A stretch of DNA of 64,000 nucleotides, taken from assembly GCF_011045215.1 (NCBI RefSeq), contig NZ_CP049201.1; one strand, given 5' to 3'. The notes beneath the pieces are model-generated. The model did no database searches. It had not been told where the DNA came from and saw only the letters and a program-made list of their open reading frames with translations. Below are positions 49,654 to 64,000 of the stretch, piece by piece. This stretch comes from Escherichia coli. GTDB lineage: Bacteria > Pseudomonadota > Gammaproteobacteria > Enterobacterales > Enterobacteriaceae. The position numbers were made by a program, and so were the translations under genes. Each line of letters begins with the position of its first letter. Positions within the stretch are counted from its first letter, which is position 1.

Positions 49654-49738
49654 TGAATATTTTTCCCGCCGATTGTGCAAGGACAATCGGCAAACGGTGC
49701 AGTACACTGCGTTGATTGCGTGTAAAGGGATGAAAATG

Positions 49739-50749
49739 ATGACGACGATGCTGGAAGTGGCGAAGCGCGCCGGGGTTTCAAAAGCGACCGTTTCCCGCGT
49801 GCTTTCAGGTAATGGCTACGTCAGCCAGGAGACTAAAGATCGCGTGTTTCAGGCGGTAGAAGAGAGCGGTTACCGTCCAAACTTGCTGGCGCGCAATCTG
49901 TCGGCGAAGAGTACTCAGACGCTGGGGCTGGTAGTGACCAACACGCTTTACCACGGCATTTATTTTAGTGAATTACTCTTTCATGCCGCGCGAATGGCGG
50001 AAGAGAAAGGGCGGCAGTTGCTATTGGCAGATGGTAAACACAGCGCAGAAGAAGAGCGCCAGGCGATTCAGTATCTGCTGGATCTGCGCTGCGACGCGAT
50101 CATGATTTACCCGCGTTTTTTAAGCGTGGATGAGATCGATGACATCATTGACGCGCACAGTCAGCCGATAATGGTGCTTAATCGCCGCCTGCGCAAAAAT
50201 AGCAGCCATAGCGTCTGGTGCGATCATAAACAGACCAGTTTTAACGCCGTGGCAGAGTTGATAAACGCCGGGCATCAGGAGATTGCTTTCCTTACCGGCT
50301 CGATGGATTCCCCCACCAGCGTTGAACGTCTTGCCGGGTATAAAGACGCGCTGGCGCAGCATGGTATTGCGCTCAATGAAAAACTTATCGCTAACGGTAA
50401 ATGGACGCCCGCCAGCGGGGCCGAAGGGGTAGAAATGTTGCTCGAACGTGGGGCTAAATTTAGCGCGTTAGTTGCCAGTAACGACGATATGGCGATAGGT
50501 GCGATGAAAGCGTTACACGAGCGCGGCGTAGCGGTGCCTGAGCAGGTGTCAGTTATCGGATTCGATGATATCGCAATTGCCCCCTACACCGTTCCGGCGC
50601 TCTCCAGCGTAAAAATTCCGGTGACTGAGATGATTCAGGAAATTATTGGACGGCTGATTTTTATGCTCGATGGGGGCGCTTACACACCGCCGAAAACCTT
50701 CAGCGGAAAACTGATCCGCCGCGACTCACTCATTGCTCTTTCGCGATAA
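49739..50749 (+). CDS. ascG: LacI-family repressor of the asc operon
   Basis: ORF (TTG-initiated in the track) trimmed to MTTMLEVAKRAGVSKATVSRVL (336 aa); N-terminal HTH. Confidence 0.93.
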   Translation: MTTMLEVAKRAGVSKATVSRVLSGNGYVSQETKDRVFQAVEESGYRPNLLARNLSAKSTQTLGLVVTNTLYHGIYFSELLFHAARMAEEKGRQLLLADGKHSAEEERQAIQYLLDLRCDAIMIYPRFLSVDEIDDIIDAHSQPIMVLNRRLRKNSSHSVWCDHKQTSFNAVAELINAGHQEIAFLTGSMDSPTSVERLAGYKDALAQHGIALNEKLIANGKWTPASGAEGVEMLLERGAKFSALVASNDDMAIGAMKALHERGVAVPEQVSVIGFDDIAIAPYTVPALSSVKIPVTEMIQEIIGRLIFMLDGGAYTPPKTFSGKLIRRDSLIALSR

Positions 50750-50897
50750 ACATTGTCATCACATGTCATCGTCACTAGTGTCGATGACATCTTTTTTCCT
50801 GCATTACAGAAATTAATTTCCTTAAATAACAGTGAATTAAAAACTGGCATGATTTGTGAATGTATCGGCGCATTAACTGTCATTGCTGGAGAATTTG

Positions 50898-51425
50898 ATG
50901 AACCGTTTCATCATTGCTGACGCGAGTAAATGTATTGGTTGCCGTACCTGTGAAGTGGCGTGCGTGGTTTCTCATCAGGAAAATCAGGACTGTGCATCGC
51001 TGACCCCGGAAACATTTTTACCGCGTATCCATGTCATTAAAGGTGTGAACATTTCCACGGCGACAGTTTGCCGTCAGTGTGAAGATGCACCGTGCGCTAA
51101 CGTCTGCCCGAATGGTGCTATCAGCCGTGATAAAGGGTTTGTTCATGTGATGCAGGAACGTTGCATTGGTTGCAAAACCTGCGTTGTGGCTTGCCCGTAT
51201 GGCGCGATGGAAGTGGTGGTACGTCCGGTGATTCGCAACAGCGGCGCAGGGCTGAATGTACGGGCTGACAAAGCCGAAGCCAATAAATGCGACCTGTGCA
51301 ACCATCGTGAAGACGGTCCGGCGTGTATGGCGGCTTGCCCGACTCATGCGCTGATTTGTGTCGATCGTAATAAACTTGAACAACTGAGCTCAGAAAAACG
51401 TCGCCGCACGGCGCTGATGTTCTAA
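50898..51425 (+). CDS. hydN: Electron transport protein HydN (4Fe-4S ferredoxin)
   Basis: ORF trimmed to [19 protein letters not shown] (175 aa); ferredoxin Cys clusters. Confidence 0.93.
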   Translation: MNRFIIADASKCIGCRTCEVACVVSHQENQDCASLTPETFLPRIHVIKGVNISTATVCRQCEDAPCANVCPNGAISRDKGFVHVMQERCIGCKTCVVACPYGAMEVVVRPVIRNSGAGLNVRADKAEANKCDLCNHREDGPACMAACPTHALICVDRNKLEQLSSEKRRRTALMF

Positions 51426-51577
51426 AAATCTTACAGAACTGTTCTGGCATCAAAGGAATTCCCGGAAATATTCGTAGAATACGAAGCGGGCAGTATCGCC
51501 GACCTGTGACTACCGGATGCGACGCTGTCGTATCCGGCTGGGCGGGTTACGCAATTCATGATGGCGGGAATAACTCA

Positions 51578-53830
51578 ATGTCAAAAAACACATCTTGCGG
51601 TGTCCAACTGCGTATTCGTGGCAAAGTGCAGGGCGTCGGTTTTCGTCCGTTTGTCTGGCAACTGGCACAGCAATTAAATCTTCACGGCGATGTCTGTAAT
51701 GACGGCGATGGCGTAGAAGTCCGGCTGCTGGAAGACCCGGAAACGTTTCTTGTTCAATTGCATCAGCACTGCCCGCCGCTGGCGCGTATTGATAGCGTCG
51801 AGCGTAAGCCGTTTATCTGGTCACAGCCGCCCACTGAGTTCACCATCCGCCAGAGCACAGGCGGCACCATGAATACGCAAATTGTTCCCGATGCTGCCAC
51901 TTGCCCTGCTTGCCTTGCCGAAATGAATACCCCAGGCGAACGGCGTTATCGTTATCCATTTATCAACTGTACTCACTGTGGTCCGCGTTTCACCATTATT
52001 CGCGCCATGCCTTACGACCGCCCGTTTACCGTAATGGCGGCGTTTCCGCTGTGTCCAGCCTGTGATAAAGAGTACCGCGACCCGCTCGATCGTCGCTTCC
52101 ACGCCCAGCCGGTGGCCTGCCCGGAGTGTGGCCCACATCTTGAATGGGTAAGTCATGGTGAACATGCAGAACAAGAGGCGGCATTACAGGCGGCTATCGC
52201 ACAGTTAAAAATGGGCAACATTGTCGCCATCAAAGGGATTGGCGGATTTCATCTTGCCTGCGATGCACGTAACAGTAACGCGGTGGCGACACTGCGGGCG
52301 CGCAAACATCGCCCGGCGAAACCGCTGGCGGTCATGTTGCCAGTGGCTGACGGTTTACCAGACGCTGCGCGCCAGTTGCTTACCACGCCCGCCGCGCCGA
52401 TTGTGCTGGTGGATAAAAAATACGTACCTGAGCTTTGTGATGATATCGCCCCTGACCTTAACGAAGTCGGGGTAATGTTGCCTGCGAACCCGCTCCAGCA
52501 TTTGCTGTTACAGGAACTGCAATGCCCGCTGGTGATGACCTCCGGCAACCTGAGCGGTAAACCACCGGCTATCAGCAACGAACAGGCGCTGGAGGATTTG
52601 CAGGGCATTGCCGACGGATTCTTAATACATAACCGCGACATCGTGCAGCGGATGGATGATTCAGTGGTGCGCGAAAGCGGCGAAATGATGCGCCGTTCGC
52701 GGGGGTATGTGCCGGATGCGCTGGCTTTGCCTCCGGGCTTTAAAAATGTTCCGCCTGTGCTGTGTCTCGGCGCGGATCTGAAAAATACCTTCTGCCTGGT
52801 GCGCGGTGAACAAGCGGTGTTGAGCCAGCATCTGGGCGATTTAAGTGACGATGGCATCCAGATGCAGTGGCGCGAAGCGTTACGCCTGATGCAAAACATC
52901 TACGATTTCACCCCGCAATACGTTGTGCATGACGCACATCCGGGCTATGTCTCCAGCCAGTGGGCGAGTGAAATGAATCTGCCGACGCAAACGGTGCTGC
53001 ATCATCATGCCCACGCGGCGGCGTGTCTGGCAGAACATCACTGGCCACTGGAGGGCGGTGATGTCATTGCTTTGACGCTCGACGGTATCGGTATGGGGGA
53101 GAACGGCGCTTTGTGGGGCGGCGAGTGCCTGCGGGTGAACTATCGCGAATGCCAGCACCTGGGCGGCTTGCCTGCGGTGGCGCTTGCTGGTGGCGATTTG
53201 GCGGCGAAGCAGCCGTGGCGAAACCTGCTGGCGCAGTGCCTGCGCTTTGTGCCGGAGTGGCAGAATTATCCCGAAACAGCGAGTGTGCAACAGCAAAACT
53301 GGAGCGTGCTGGCGCGGGCCATTGAGCGTGGAATTAACGCGCCGCTGGCGTCATCGTGTGGGCGTTTGTTCGATGCTGTGGCGGCGGCACTGGGCTGTGC
53401 GCCAGCCACGTTAAGTTATGAAGGTGAAGCGGCTTGTGCTCTGGAGGCGCTCGCAGATTCGTGCGACGGAGTGACGCATCCGGTGACGATGCCGCGGGTG
53501 GACAATCAACTGGATCTCGCCACTTTCTGGCAGCAGTGGCTGAACTGGCAGGCACCGGTTAATCAACGCGCGTGGGCGTTTCATGATGCGCTGGCGCAGG
53601 GTTTTGCCGCGTTGATGCGTGAGCAGGCCACGATGCACGGTATCACTACGCTGGTATTTAGCGGCGGGGTTATTCATAACCGTTTGCTGCGTGCACGTCT
53701 GGCGCATTATCTCGCTGATTTCACATTGCTCTTCCCGCAGAGTTTACCGGCGGGTGATGGCGGTTTGTCTCTGGGGCAGGGGGTTATTGCTGCGGCGCGT
53801 TGGTTAGCGGGTGAAGTCCAGAACGGATAA
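51578..53830 (+). CDS. hypF: Carbamoyltransferase HypF ([NiFe]-hydrogenase maturation)
   Basis: ORF trimmed to [25 protein letters not shown] (750 aa); acylphosphatase domain, two Zn-finger CxxC pairs, YrdC and Kae1-like domains. Confidence 0.96.
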   Translation: MSKNTSCGVQLRIRGKVQGVGFRPFVWQLAQQLNLHGDVCNDGDGVEVRLLEDPETFLVQLHQHCPPLARIDSVERKPFIWSQPPTEFTIRQSTGGTMNTQIVPDAATCPACLAEMNTPGERRYRYPFINCTHCGPRFTIIRAMPYDRPFTVMAAFPLCPACDKEYRDPLDRRFHAQPVACPECGPHLEWVSHGEHAEQEAALQAAIAQLKMGNIVAIKGIGGFHLACDARNSNAVATLRARKHRPAKPLAVMLPVADGLPDAARQLLTTPAAPIVLVDKKYVPELCDDIAPDLNEVGVMLPANPLQHLLLQELQCPLVMTSGNLSGKPPAISNEQALEDLQGIADGFLIHNRDIVQRMDDSVVRESGEMMRRSRGYVPDALALPPGFKNVPPVLCLGADLKNTFCLVRGEQAVLSQHLGDLSDDGIQMQWREALRLMQNIYDFTPQYVVHDAHPGYVSSQWASEMNLPTQTVLHHHAHAAACLAEHHWPLEGGDVIALTLDGIGMGENGALWGGECLRVNYRECQHLGGLPAVALAGGDLAAKQPWRNLLAQCLRFVPEWQNYPETASVQQQNWSVLARAIERGINAPLASSCGRLFDAVAAALGCAPATLSYEGEAACALEALADSCDGVTHPVTMPRVDNQLDLATFWQQWLNWQAPVNQRAWAFHDALAQGFAALMREQATMHGITTLVFSGGVIHNRLLRARLAHYLADFTLLFPQSLPAGDGGLSLGQGVIAAARWLAGEVQNG

Positions 53831-53853
53831 AGCGTGTTGCATTTGGACACCCT

Positions 53854-53939
53854 TGCCGGATGCGGCGTAAATGCCTTATCCGGCTTACATATGCGCTCCC
53901 CGTAGGTCGGATAAGACGCGCCAGCGTCGCATCCGACAT
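53854..53939. repeat. REP/BIME elements between hypF and norW
   Basis: REP-like palindromes (tgccggatgcggcgtaaatgccttatccggc; gtaggtcggataagacgcgccagcgtcgcatccgac). Confidence 0.7.
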
Positions 53940-53958
53940 TTTAGGCACAGTAGCCCAC

Positions 53959-55092
53959 CTACACCGTCAACGTTTTCAACAATCCAAATGCCTCTTTCAT
54001 CCGATCCTCACTGACCACAAAGGCGCGAAGCTGGTCAGCATCGTCAACGCCGCGCGCCACCATTCCCTGGCGTTCGGTATTAATCTGCCAGCGTAAATCC
54101 TGACGCTGGGTTTCGCCTGCCAGATGCAGCGGTAATTCCGGCGTTTTGATTTTCACCAGCATCGCCGGTAGTTTCAGCGGCGTGTTATTGCCGAGAAGAT
54201 TTTTTGCCAGCACCATCCCGCTAAGTTGAATCGGCTGCAGGAACGGCAATACCTGACTGTTAATTTCCGCGCAATCGCCCAGCGCGTAAATATCGGCATT
54301 ACTGGTTTGCAGATAACTATCGACGCAAACGCCGCGATTAATCGTCAGCCCGGCGCGTCGTGCCAGGGCGGTTTCCGGGCGCAGTCCGGTGGCGGCAATT
54401 ACCGCATCCACTTCGATACTACGCTGGCGGTCCAGCGTTGCCAGAATGCCAGAATCCGTTTTTTCCAGCCCCTGCAACTGAGATTTCAACAGCAGATGAA
54501 CGCCCATCTCCGTCAACCGATGCTGCAAGCGGCTGCTTACTTCCGGTGGCATTAACGACGCCAGAATACTGGTAGCGTTGTCGATTAGCGTAACCATTTT
54601 GCCTGCACGACAAAAATCCATCGCCAGTTCGCTACCAATCAAACCACCGCCAACAATCAACACGCGTCGGGCATCCCGCAGTTGCGTTTCACAGGCGCGA
54701 TACTCTTGCTGACTATTTAACGTCAGCATTAACTCACGCCCAGGCACAGGCGGGACAAAGGCGCTGGCACCAGTTGCCAGCACTAACTTGTCGTATTGCC
54801 ACTGATTATTCTGGCTTTTCACCACATGGGCTTCGGCATCGATATCCGTCACCCAGGTGTGCGGAAACAGGCGCAGATTAAACTGCTCGGCAAATTCACC
54901 CGCCGTCTGGCGGGTAAGGTCGTCGGCACGTTGCCCCTTACTGATAACATGGCTGAGGTCAGGTTTGTTGTACTCATCTATGCTGTCGGCGGCAATCAGG
55001 GTTAATGGAATAGTGGCGTCCTGTTTGCGAATATTTTTCACCAGTTGGCGGGCGGCGAAGCCCGAACCGATGATCACAATGCCGTTACTCAT
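53959..55092 (-). CDS. norW: Nitric oxide reductase FlRd-NAD(+) reductase
   Basis: 377 aa; FAD/NAD Rossmann motifs ([15 protein letters not shown]). Confidence 0.95.
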   Translation of the reverse strand: MSNGIVIIGSGFAARQLVKNIRKQDATIPLTLIAADSIDEYNKPDLSHVISKGQRADDLTRQTAGEFAEQFNLRLFPHTWVTDIDAEAHVVKSQNNQWQYDKLVLATGASAFVPPVPGRELMLTLNSQQEYRACETQLRDARRVLIVGGGLIGSELAMDFCRAGKMVTLIDNATSILASLMPPEVSSRLQHRLTEMGVHLLLKSQLQGLEKTDSGILATLDRQRSIEVDAVIAATGLRPETALARRAGLTINRGVCVDSYLQTSNADIYALGDCAEINSQVLPFLQPIQLSGMVLAKNLLGNNTPLKLPAMLVKIKTPELPLHLAGETQRQDLRWQINTERQGMVARGVDDADQLRAFVVSEDRMKEAFGLLKTLTV

Positions 55093-56528
55093 TTTGCCTC
55101 CGATGCCAGTTCGTCAAAGACGTCTTTGCCGAGGGAGCATTCCGGGCAGAGGAAGTTATCCGGGACTTCACTCCACGGCGTTCCTGGCGCAACGTCCTGC
55201 ATTGGCTCGCCTTTTGCCGGATCGTAAATCCACTGGCAGACGCTGCACTGCATCCGTGGGCCGAGGTCAGCCGTCGTGGTGGCAGAGGTTTCTTCTTTAA
55301 CTACCGTATTCACCGTGCTCTGCGGCAGCGGCGCGAGCGCCCACTGACGGGCGATTTCGCGACCGTGTTCACGGCATAACTCCAGAGCGTCCTGGTCTGG
55401 TCGCCATTTCGCTTTCAGGCTAAGCGACATTTCGAAACCCGCATCCTGCAGGCGCGTGGAAAGACGATCCACCGCACCGCCGCTCCAGCCGTGAGAGCCG
55501 AAAGCACTGGCGCGTTTGTTACGGAAGCGTAATCCGGTCATCTCCTCCACCAGCCCGGCGATTTTCGGCATCATCACGTTATTCATCGTCGAAGTGCCGA
55601 CCAGCACGCCTTTTGAGCGGAAGACATTGGTCAGGATTTCGTTTTTATCGCTTCGGGCGACGTTGAAAATTTTCACCGCCACGCGTGGGTCGGTTTCCGC
55701 AATCCCCTGGGCGATAGCGTCAGCCATCATGCGGGTGTTATTCGACATGGTGTCGTAGAAAATGGTGATTCTGTCTTCCTGATAATCAGCCGCCCATTTC
55801 AGGTACAGCTCGACAATTTGCGTCGGGTTATCGCGCCAGACCACGCCGTGAGAGGTCGCTATCATATCGACTGGTAAGTTAAAGCCCAGGATCTCGGTAA
55901 TTTTCGGCGTTACCAGGCGGCTGAACGGCGTAAGGATATTGGCGTAGTAACGCTGGCACTGCTCAAAAAGCTCCGTCTGATCCACTTCATCGTTGAACAG
56001 ATGCTCGTCGCAGTAGTGCTGACCGAAAGCATCGTTACTGAACAGCACCGCGTCGCCTGTCAGGTAAGTCATCATGCTGTCCGGCCAGTGCAGCATTGGT
56101 GTTTCGACAAAAATGAGCTGTTTGCCGTTGCCGATATCCAGCGTGTCGCCAGTTTTCACCACATTAAAATTCCACTCCGGATGATGGTGATGACCATTTA
56201 TCGAGTCGATAGCGTTGGCAGTACAGTAGATCGGCGTATCGGGAATTTGTGCCATCAGTTCGGTCAGCGCCCCGGCGTGGTCCTCTTCTGCATGGTTAAT
56301 CACGATGTAATCGATATCCGCCAGATCGATTTCATTACGCAGGTTCTGCACAAATTCGCGGCTGAATTTATGGTCGACGGTGTCGATCAGCACGTTTTTT
56401 TCTTCGCGGATGAGGTAGCTGTTGTAGCTGCTGCCGCGCAGCGTTTTATATTCCGTGCCGTGAAAATCACGCACTTCCCAGTCACGTTGACCCACCCAAT
56501 GAATGTTATTTTTCACCACAATAGACAT
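55089..56528 (-). CDS. norV: Anaerobic nitric oxide reductase flavorubredoxin
   Basis: 479 aa; metallo-beta-lactamase, flavodoxin and C-terminal rubredoxin (CxxC...CPxC) domains. Confidence 0.96.
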   Translation of the reverse strand: MSIVVKNNIHWVGQRDWEVRDFHGTEYKTLRGSSYNSYLIREEKNVLIDTVDHKFSREFVQNLRNEIDLADIDYIVINHAEEDHAGALTELMAQIPDTPIYCTANAIDSINGHHHHPEWNFNVVKTGDTLDIGNGKQLIFVETPMLHWPDSMMTYLTGDAVLFSNDAFGQHYCDEHLFNDEVDQTELFEQCQRYYANILTPFSRLVTPKITEILGFNLPVDMIATSHGVVWRDNPTQIVELYLKWAADYQEDRITIFYDTMSNNTRMMADAIAQGIAETDPRVAVKIFNVARSDKNEILTNVFRSKGVLVGTSTMNNVMMPKIAGLVEEMTGLRFRNKRASAFGSHGWSGGAVDRLSTRLQDAGFEMSLSLKAKWRPDQDALELCREHGREIARQWALAPLPQSTVNTVVKEETSATTTADLGPRMQCSVCQWIYDPAKGEPMQDVAPGTPWSEVPDNFLCPECSLGKDVFDELASEAK

Positions 56529-56574
56529 AGCAACCTCAATTTATTCAGCGTGTTCTAAAAAGATGTCTTGCTAA

Positions 56575-56592
56575 TTGCAGATTGCGTGCCAG
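56575..56592 (-). promoter_or_regulatory. Candidate sigma54 promoter of norVW
   Basis: Minus-strand TGGCAC-N6-TGCA (GG-N10-GC) about 45 nt upstream of the norV start. Confidence 0.6.
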
Positions 56593-56646
56593 TTTTTTAT
56601 CTGATTGTTTTTACTCTATAAATAAAATTATGCTCATTAATGAGTA

Positions 56647-56702
56647 GTCAAAATGACTATCAATAAAATGGTCGATATGACAATATGTATAGTCAAATTG
56701 AC
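56647..56702. promoter_or_regulatory. Three NorR-type enhancer sites (GT-N7-AC) in the norR-norV intergenic region
   Basis: gtcaaaatgac (56647-56657), gtcgatatgac (56671-56681), gtcaaattgac (56692-56702). Confidence 0.65.
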
Positions 56703-56714
56703 AGTGAGGCAAAG

Positions 56715-58229
56715 ATGAGTTTTTCCGTTGATGTGCTGGCGAATATCGCCATCGAATTGCAGCGTGGGATTGGTCATCAGGATCGTTTTCAGCGCCTGAT
56801 CACCACGCTGCGTCAGGTGCTGGAGTGCGATGCGTCTGCGTTGCTACGTTACGACTCGCGGCAGTTTATTCCGCTTGCCATCGACGGGCTGGCGAAGGAT
56901 GTACTCGGTAGACGCTTTGCGCTGGAAGGTCATCCACGGCTGGAAGCGATTGCCCGCGCGGGTGATGTGGTGCGCTTTCCCGCAGACAGCGAATTGCCCG
57001 ATCCCTATGATGGTTTGATTCCCGGACAGGAGAGTCTGAAGGTCCACGCCTGCGTTGGTCTGCCATTGTTTGCCGGGCAAAACCTGATCGGCGCATTGAC
57101 GCTCGACGGGATGCAGCCCGATCAGTTCGATGTTTTCAGCGACGAAGAGTTACGCCTGATTGCCGCGCTGGCGGCGGGAGCGTTAAGCAATGCGTTGCTG
57201 ATTGAGCAACTGGAAAGCCAGAATATGCTGCCGGGCGATGCCGCTCCATTTGAAGCGGTGAAACAGACGCAGATGATTGGCTTGTCCCCTGGCATGACGC
57301 AACTGAAAAAAGAGATTGAGATTGTGGCGGCGTCCGATCTCAACGTCCTGATCAGCGGTGAGACGGGAACCGGTAAGGAGCTGGTGGCGAAAGCGATTCA
57401 TGAAGCCTCGCCACGGGCGGTGAATCCGCTGGTCTATCTCAACTGTGCCGCACTGCCGGAAAGTGTGGCGGAAAGTGAGTTGTTCGGGCATGTGAAAGGA
57501 GCGTTTACTGGCGCTATTAGTAACCGCAGCGGGAAGTTTGAAATGGCGGATAACGGCACGCTGTTTCTCGATGAGATCGGCGAGTTGTCGTTGGCATTGC
57601 AGGCCAAGCTGCTGAGAGTGTTGCAGTATGGCGATATTCAGCGCGTTGGCGATGACCGCAGTTTGCGGGTCGATGTGCGCGTGCTGGCGGCGACTAACCG
57701 CGACTTACGCGAAGAGGTGCTGGCAGGGCGATTCCGCGCCGATTTGTTTCATCGCCTGAGTGTGTTTCCACTTTCGGTGCCGCCGCTGCGTGAGCGGGGC
57801 GATGATGTCATTCTGCTGGCGGGGTATTTCTGCGAGCAGTGTCGTTTGCGGCAGGGGCTCTCCCGCGTGGTATTAAGTGCCGGGGCGCGAAATTTACTGC
57901 AACACTACAGTTTTCCGGGAAACGTGCGCGAACTGGAACATGCTATTCATCGGGCGGTAGTGCTGGCGAGAGCCACCCGCAGCGGCGATGAAGTGATTCT
58001 TGAGGCGCAACATTTTGCTTTTCCTGAGGTGACGTTGCCGCCGCCAGAAGTGGCGGCGGTGCCCGTTGTTAAGCAAAACCTGCGTGAAGCGACAGAAGCG
58101 TTTCAGCGTGAAACTATTCGTCAGGCACTGGCACAAAATCATCACAACTGGGCTGCCTGCGCGCGGATGCTGGAAACCGACGTCGCCAACCTGCATCGGC
58201 TGGCGAAACGTCTGGGATTGAAGGATTAA
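56715..58229 (+). CDS. norR: Anaerobic nitric oxide reductase transcriptional regulator NorR (sigma54-dependent)
   Basis: ORF trimmed to [16 protein letters not shown] (504 aa); GAF domain, AAA+ domain ([14 protein letters not shown]), C-terminal HTH. Confidence 0.96.
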   Translation: MSFSVDVLANIAIELQRGIGHQDRFQRLITTLRQVLECDASALLRYDSRQFIPLAIDGLAKDVLGRRFALEGHPRLEAIARAGDVVRFPADSELPDPYDGLIPGQESLKVHACVGLPLFAGQNLIGALTLDGMQPDQFDVFSDEELRLIAALAAGALSNALLIEQLESQNMLPGDAAPFEAVKQTQMIGLSPGMTQLKKEIEIVAASDLNVLISGETGTGKELVAKAIHEASPRAVNPLVYLNCAALPESVAESELFGHVKGAFTGAISNRSGKFEMADNGTLFLDEIGELSLALQAKLLRVLQYGDIQRVGDDRSLRVDVRVLAATNRDLREEVLAGRFRADLFHRLSVFPLSVPPLRERGDDVILLAGYFCEQCRLRQGLSRVVLSAGARNLLQHYSFPGNVRELEHAIHRAVVLARATRSGDEVILEAQHFAFPEVTLPPPEVAAVPVVKQNLREATEAFQRETIRQALAQNHHNWAACARMLETDVANLHRLAKRLGLKD

Positions 58230-59191
58230 ATAATCCCGGCCTGATAGAAATCCTGCAGGTTTATTGCGCCGGTGAGTTTGCCGTTTTCATCCACCACCGG
58301 TGCGGCAGTGATTTTGCGCTTCATCAGGATCTCTTTGGCGTCGATGGCGCGACTTTGCGATTGCAACGTGGTGCCGCCGACCGTCATCGCTTCATTGACT
58401 GGCGTGGTGAGTGCGCCGCCGCCAACCAGCCAGCGACGTAAATCGCCGTCGGTAAAGACGCCTTGTACCTGTTGTTGAGCGTCACATACCGCCACCAGCC
58501 CCAGACCGGTGCGGCTGAGTTCCAGCATAGCATCCATCACGCTGGCGGTTAACGCCACCTGTGGGATGGCATCGTCACGGCGCATCAGATGATGCACTTT
58601 ATTCAGCAAGCGAGCGCCCAGTGCTCCAGCAGGGTGGGAGCGGGCAAAATCTTCTTCATTAAATCCGCGCGCCTGCATGACCGCCATCGCCAGCGCGTCA
58701 CCCATCATCAGGGTATTGACGGTGCTGGAGGTCGGCGCAAGGTGCATCGGGCAGGCTTCGCGTTCTACGGAGATATCCAGCACCGCTTTCGCCGCCAGGC
58801 CCAGCGGTGACGTCGGTTTGCCGGTCATCGCCAGCAGCGCGATAGATTTGTCTTCCAGACGCGGAATAATCAGATCCAGTTCCTTCGCCCCACCGGAGTA
58901 AGAGATAAACAGCATCACATCGCGGCTTTCGAGCATCCCCAGATCGCCATGCAGCGCTTCTGCCGGATGGACAAAAAAAGCCGGTGTGCCGGTACTGGCA
59001 AGCGTTGCGGCGATTTTCTTACCAATGTGGCCCGATTTGCCAATTCCCGAAACCACCACTTTGCCTTCGCAGTGCAGGATGATATTGGCGGCGCGAACAA
59101 AATCATCGCCCAGACGTTCCGGTAAACGGCTTGCTTCCTGCAATTCCAGCATTAACGTCTGACGTCCCGCGTTCAGTAGTGCTTCACTCAT
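58226..59191 (-). CDS. gutQ: Arabinose-5-phosphate isomerase GutQ (SIS + CBS domains)
   Basis: 321 aa; SIS motif VSGIGKSG. Confidence 0.95.
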   Translation of the reverse strand: MSEALLNAGRQTLMLELQEASRLPERLGDDFVRAANIILHCEGKVVVSGIGKSGHIGKKIAATLASTGTPAFFVHPAEALHGDLGMLESRDVMLFISYSGGAKELDLIIPRLEDKSIALLAMTGKPTSPLGLAAKAVLDISVEREACPMHLAPTSSTVNTLMMGDALAMAVMQARGFNEEDFARSHPAGALGARLLNKVHHLMRRDDAIPQVALTASVMDAMLELSRTGLGLVAVCDAQQQVQGVFTDGDLRRWLVGGGALTTPVNEAMTVGGTTLQSQSRAIDAKEILMKRKITAAPVVDENGKLTGAINLQDFYQAGII

Positions 59192-59957
59192 TGCTCTCTC
59201 CGGTTATGATCACATCGATCCCTTTCTCTTCCAGCGCCTGACGAAACGCCGGATCGATATCTGCGTCGGTAATCAGCTTATCGACGCTTTCAAGACTGCA
59301 AACTACGTTGGGGCTTTTACGGCCAAACTTTGATGAGTCCGCCATCAAAATCACTTCGCGCGCGGCATTGCACATTGCCTTACTGACGGTATAGACCTCG
59401 TTGAAGGTGGTTACGCCCGCATTGAGATCGATGCCGTCAGTACCCATGAATAATTTGTCGAAGGTGAAATGCTCGAAGGCATTCTCTGCCAGCTGCCCGT
59501 GAAATGAGGCCGATTTTTTACGAAACGTTCCGCCTGGCATCAGGATAGTTTGTTCGTTATCCAGTTCAGATAGCGCATTGACGATATGCAGACTGTTGGT
59601 CATCACCGTGATGTTATTAAAGCGCGAGAGCAGAGGCACCATCTGCAAAACGGTGCTGCCAGCATCAAGAATGATCGAATCGCCATCATGAATAAAACCA
59701 ACGGCAGCTTCTGCTATCAGCTCTTTCTTGTGGGTGTTGATGAGTGTTTTATGATCGATAGGCGGATCGGATTCCTCTTTATTCAACACCACTCCGCCAT
59801 AAGTACGAATGACGGTTCCGGCATGTTCCAGAATGACCAGATCTTTGCGAATGGTTGTGCCTGTGGTGTCAAAGTATTGCGCCAATTCTTCAACCGAGCA
59901 TTTACCCTGCTTTTGCAGATACTCCAGAATGGCGGCCTGACGCTGACGAGGTTTCAT
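59184..59957 (-). CDS. srlR: DeoR-family glucitol operon repressor
   Basis: 257 aa; N-terminal HTH, DeoR C-terminal domain. Confidence 0.95.
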   Translation of the reverse strand: MKPRQRQAAILEYLQKQGKCSVEELAQYFDTTGTTIRKDLVILEHAGTVIRTYGGVVLNKEESDPPIDHKTLINTHKKELIAEAAVGFIHDGDSIILDAGSTVLQMVPLLSRFNNITVMTNSLHIVNALSELDNEQTILMPGGTFRKKSASFHGQLAENAFEHFTFDKLFMGTDGIDLNAGVTTFNEVYTVSKAMCNAAREVILMADSSKFGRKSPNVVCSLESVDKLITDADIDPAFRQALEEKGIDVIITGESNE

Positions 59958-60023
59958 GGGCGTGATTACCTGATTTAGGTTTCAAAATGATAACTTCGCA
60001 AGCAAGTAACATTCACAACGAAA

Positions 60024-60383
60024 TTATCCACGTTTCAGTTTAAGCGCCAATGATAGAGCATTCTGTGATAGTGGATCATGGGGAAAGATCACATCGGGCT
60101 GTAAATCACCCGCATGCATACCGGTAATTGCGGGAATTTTTTGCGGTCGGGCGAAGACGGTCAGTCCTTTCATAAACAAGGTGTCGGCGATGCGCTGCTG
60201 ATCGTCCAGGGCGATGGCGACCACGACCCGCGGTTTAAAGCGCCCGCTGGAACGGCCCACGCCAACCCGCCCTTGCTGGCATAGTGTGTCGAAGGCACGG
60301 TTAAAACGAGAAATTTGCCAGCCGCCTAAGGCCAGTTGCGCACACCAGGCGATAACGGCGACAGTGATGAGTGCGGATACCAT
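60024..60383 (-). CDS. srlM: Glucitol operon activator
   Basis: 119 aa; position between srlD and srlR. Confidence 0.9.
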   Translation of the reverse strand: MVSALITVAVIAWCAQLALGGWQISRFNRAFDTLCQQGRVGVGRSSGRFKPRVVVAIALDDQQRIADTLFMKGLTVFARPQKIPAITGMHAGDLQPDVIFPHDPLSQNALSLALKLKRG

Positions 60384-60488
60384 AACTTTTCCTTAATGTA
60401 GTGGCGGAAGTCCTGTATGCCTGATGAGCGTAGCGCATCAGGCATTCTATTAGTCTCACGGAGATCCTTAACGGATCTCCGCTGTTGA

Positions 60489-61643
<1,155 letters not shown>

Positions 61644-61653
61644 GTTTCAGCCT

Positions 61654-63191
<1,538 letters not shown>

Positions 63192-63428
63192 TTATTGTTT
63201 TATTACCAAACGGCAACCTAATCTAATCATATTGAAAGATTTGAAAGTGTTATTTTGATCGCAAAATGAAAGATAAATATTTTAATTTGAAAGTTTGAGT
63301 AAAAGGATAGCGAGGAGAATGAGTTGAGTTATGTAAAGTCCGTATCGGGCAGTGACTACCGCTTCCTTGTGCGGGGCGTGATGCTTTACCATACTTGCCC
63401 CTGGTTGAATCTGTTAAATGGACCCCTC

Positions 63429-64000
63429 ATGTTCAAGCGTCGTTATGTAACATTGCTTCCCCTTTTTGTGTTGCTTGCCGCCTGTAACAGCAAGCCAAAA
63501 CCTACTGAGACTGAAACGACCACCGGAACGCCGTCTGGCGGCTTCCTGCTTGAGCCGCAGCACAATGTGATGCAGATGGGCGGCGATTTCGCTAATAACC
63601 CGAATGCCCAGCAGTTCATCGACAGAATGGTGAACAAACACGGTTTCGATCGTCAGCAGTTGCAGGAAATTCTCTCCCAGGCGAAACGTCTGGATTCGGT
63701 ACTGCGGCTGATGGATAACCAGGCACCAACCACATCGGTGAAACCGCCATCAGGTCCGAACGGCGCATGGCTGCGTTATCGCAAAAAATTTATTACGCCG
63801 GACAATGTGCAGAACGGTGTGGTTTTCTGGAATCAGTATGAAGATGCGTTGAATCGCGCGTGGCAGGTGTATGGCGTACCGCCGGAAATTATCGTCGGGA
63901 TTATCGGCGTTGAAACCCGCTGGGGGCGCGTGATGGGGAAAACTCGCATCCTCGATGCGCTGGCAACGCTGTCATTTAACTACCCACGCCGCGCGGAGTA
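63429..64000 (+). CDS. mltB: Membrane-bound lytic murein transglycosylase B (5' portion; continues beyond the window)
   Basis: Translation from ATG 63429: MFKRRYVTLLPLFVLLAACNSKPKP... with lipobox LAAC; no stop before the window end, so absent from the ORF track. Confidence 0.85.
   Translation, partial: MFKRRYVTLLPLFVLLAACNSKPKPTETETTTGTPSGGFLLEPQHNVMQMGGDFANNPNAQQFIDRMVNKHGFDRQQLQEILSQAKRLDSVLRLMDNQAPTTSVKPPSGPNGAWLRYRKKFITPDNVQNGVVFWNQYEDALNRAWQVYGVPPEIIVGIIGVETRWGRVMGKTRILDALATLSFNYPRRAE

Overview
This window reads as a well-characterised stretch of Escherichia coli chromosome (non-K-12 lineage), and I do not see evidence for a previously undescribed system. All identifications are from reading the supplied ORF translations and the sequence, compared against family knowledge from memory; no database search was run. 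Gene order: queD; cysJIH (sulfite and PAPS reductases); a hok-family toxin locus; a complete type I-E CRISPR-Cas system (cas3, cse1, cse2, cas7, cas5, cas6e, cas1, cas2, leader, and a 3-spacer array); iap; cysDNC; ygbE; ftsB; ispDF; truD; surE; pcm; nlpD; rpoS; a MarR-family regulator with a UbiX/UbiD-type decarboxylase operon (ecdBCD-like) in the rpoS-mutS variable segment; a frameshifted pphB; mutS; ygbA; fhlA; hypEDCBA; hycABCDEFGHI; ascBFG; hydN-hypF; norWV and norR; gutQ and the srl operon; and the 5' part of mltB. Most large ORFs are confidently assigned. The ORF track uses GTG/TTG starts and often over-extends N-termini, so several starts were trimmed by residue arithmetic to the conserved Met. 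The most noteworthy observations are the CRISPR-Cas locus (effector genes divergent from what I recall of K-12, adaptation genes conserved, minimal array), the unlisted 50-aa Hok toxin ORF, the rpoS-mutS decarboxylase island, the pphB frameshift and an nlpD tandem-repeat tract. Coordinates of features not in the ORF track (repeats, promoters, terminators) are approximate to a few bp.
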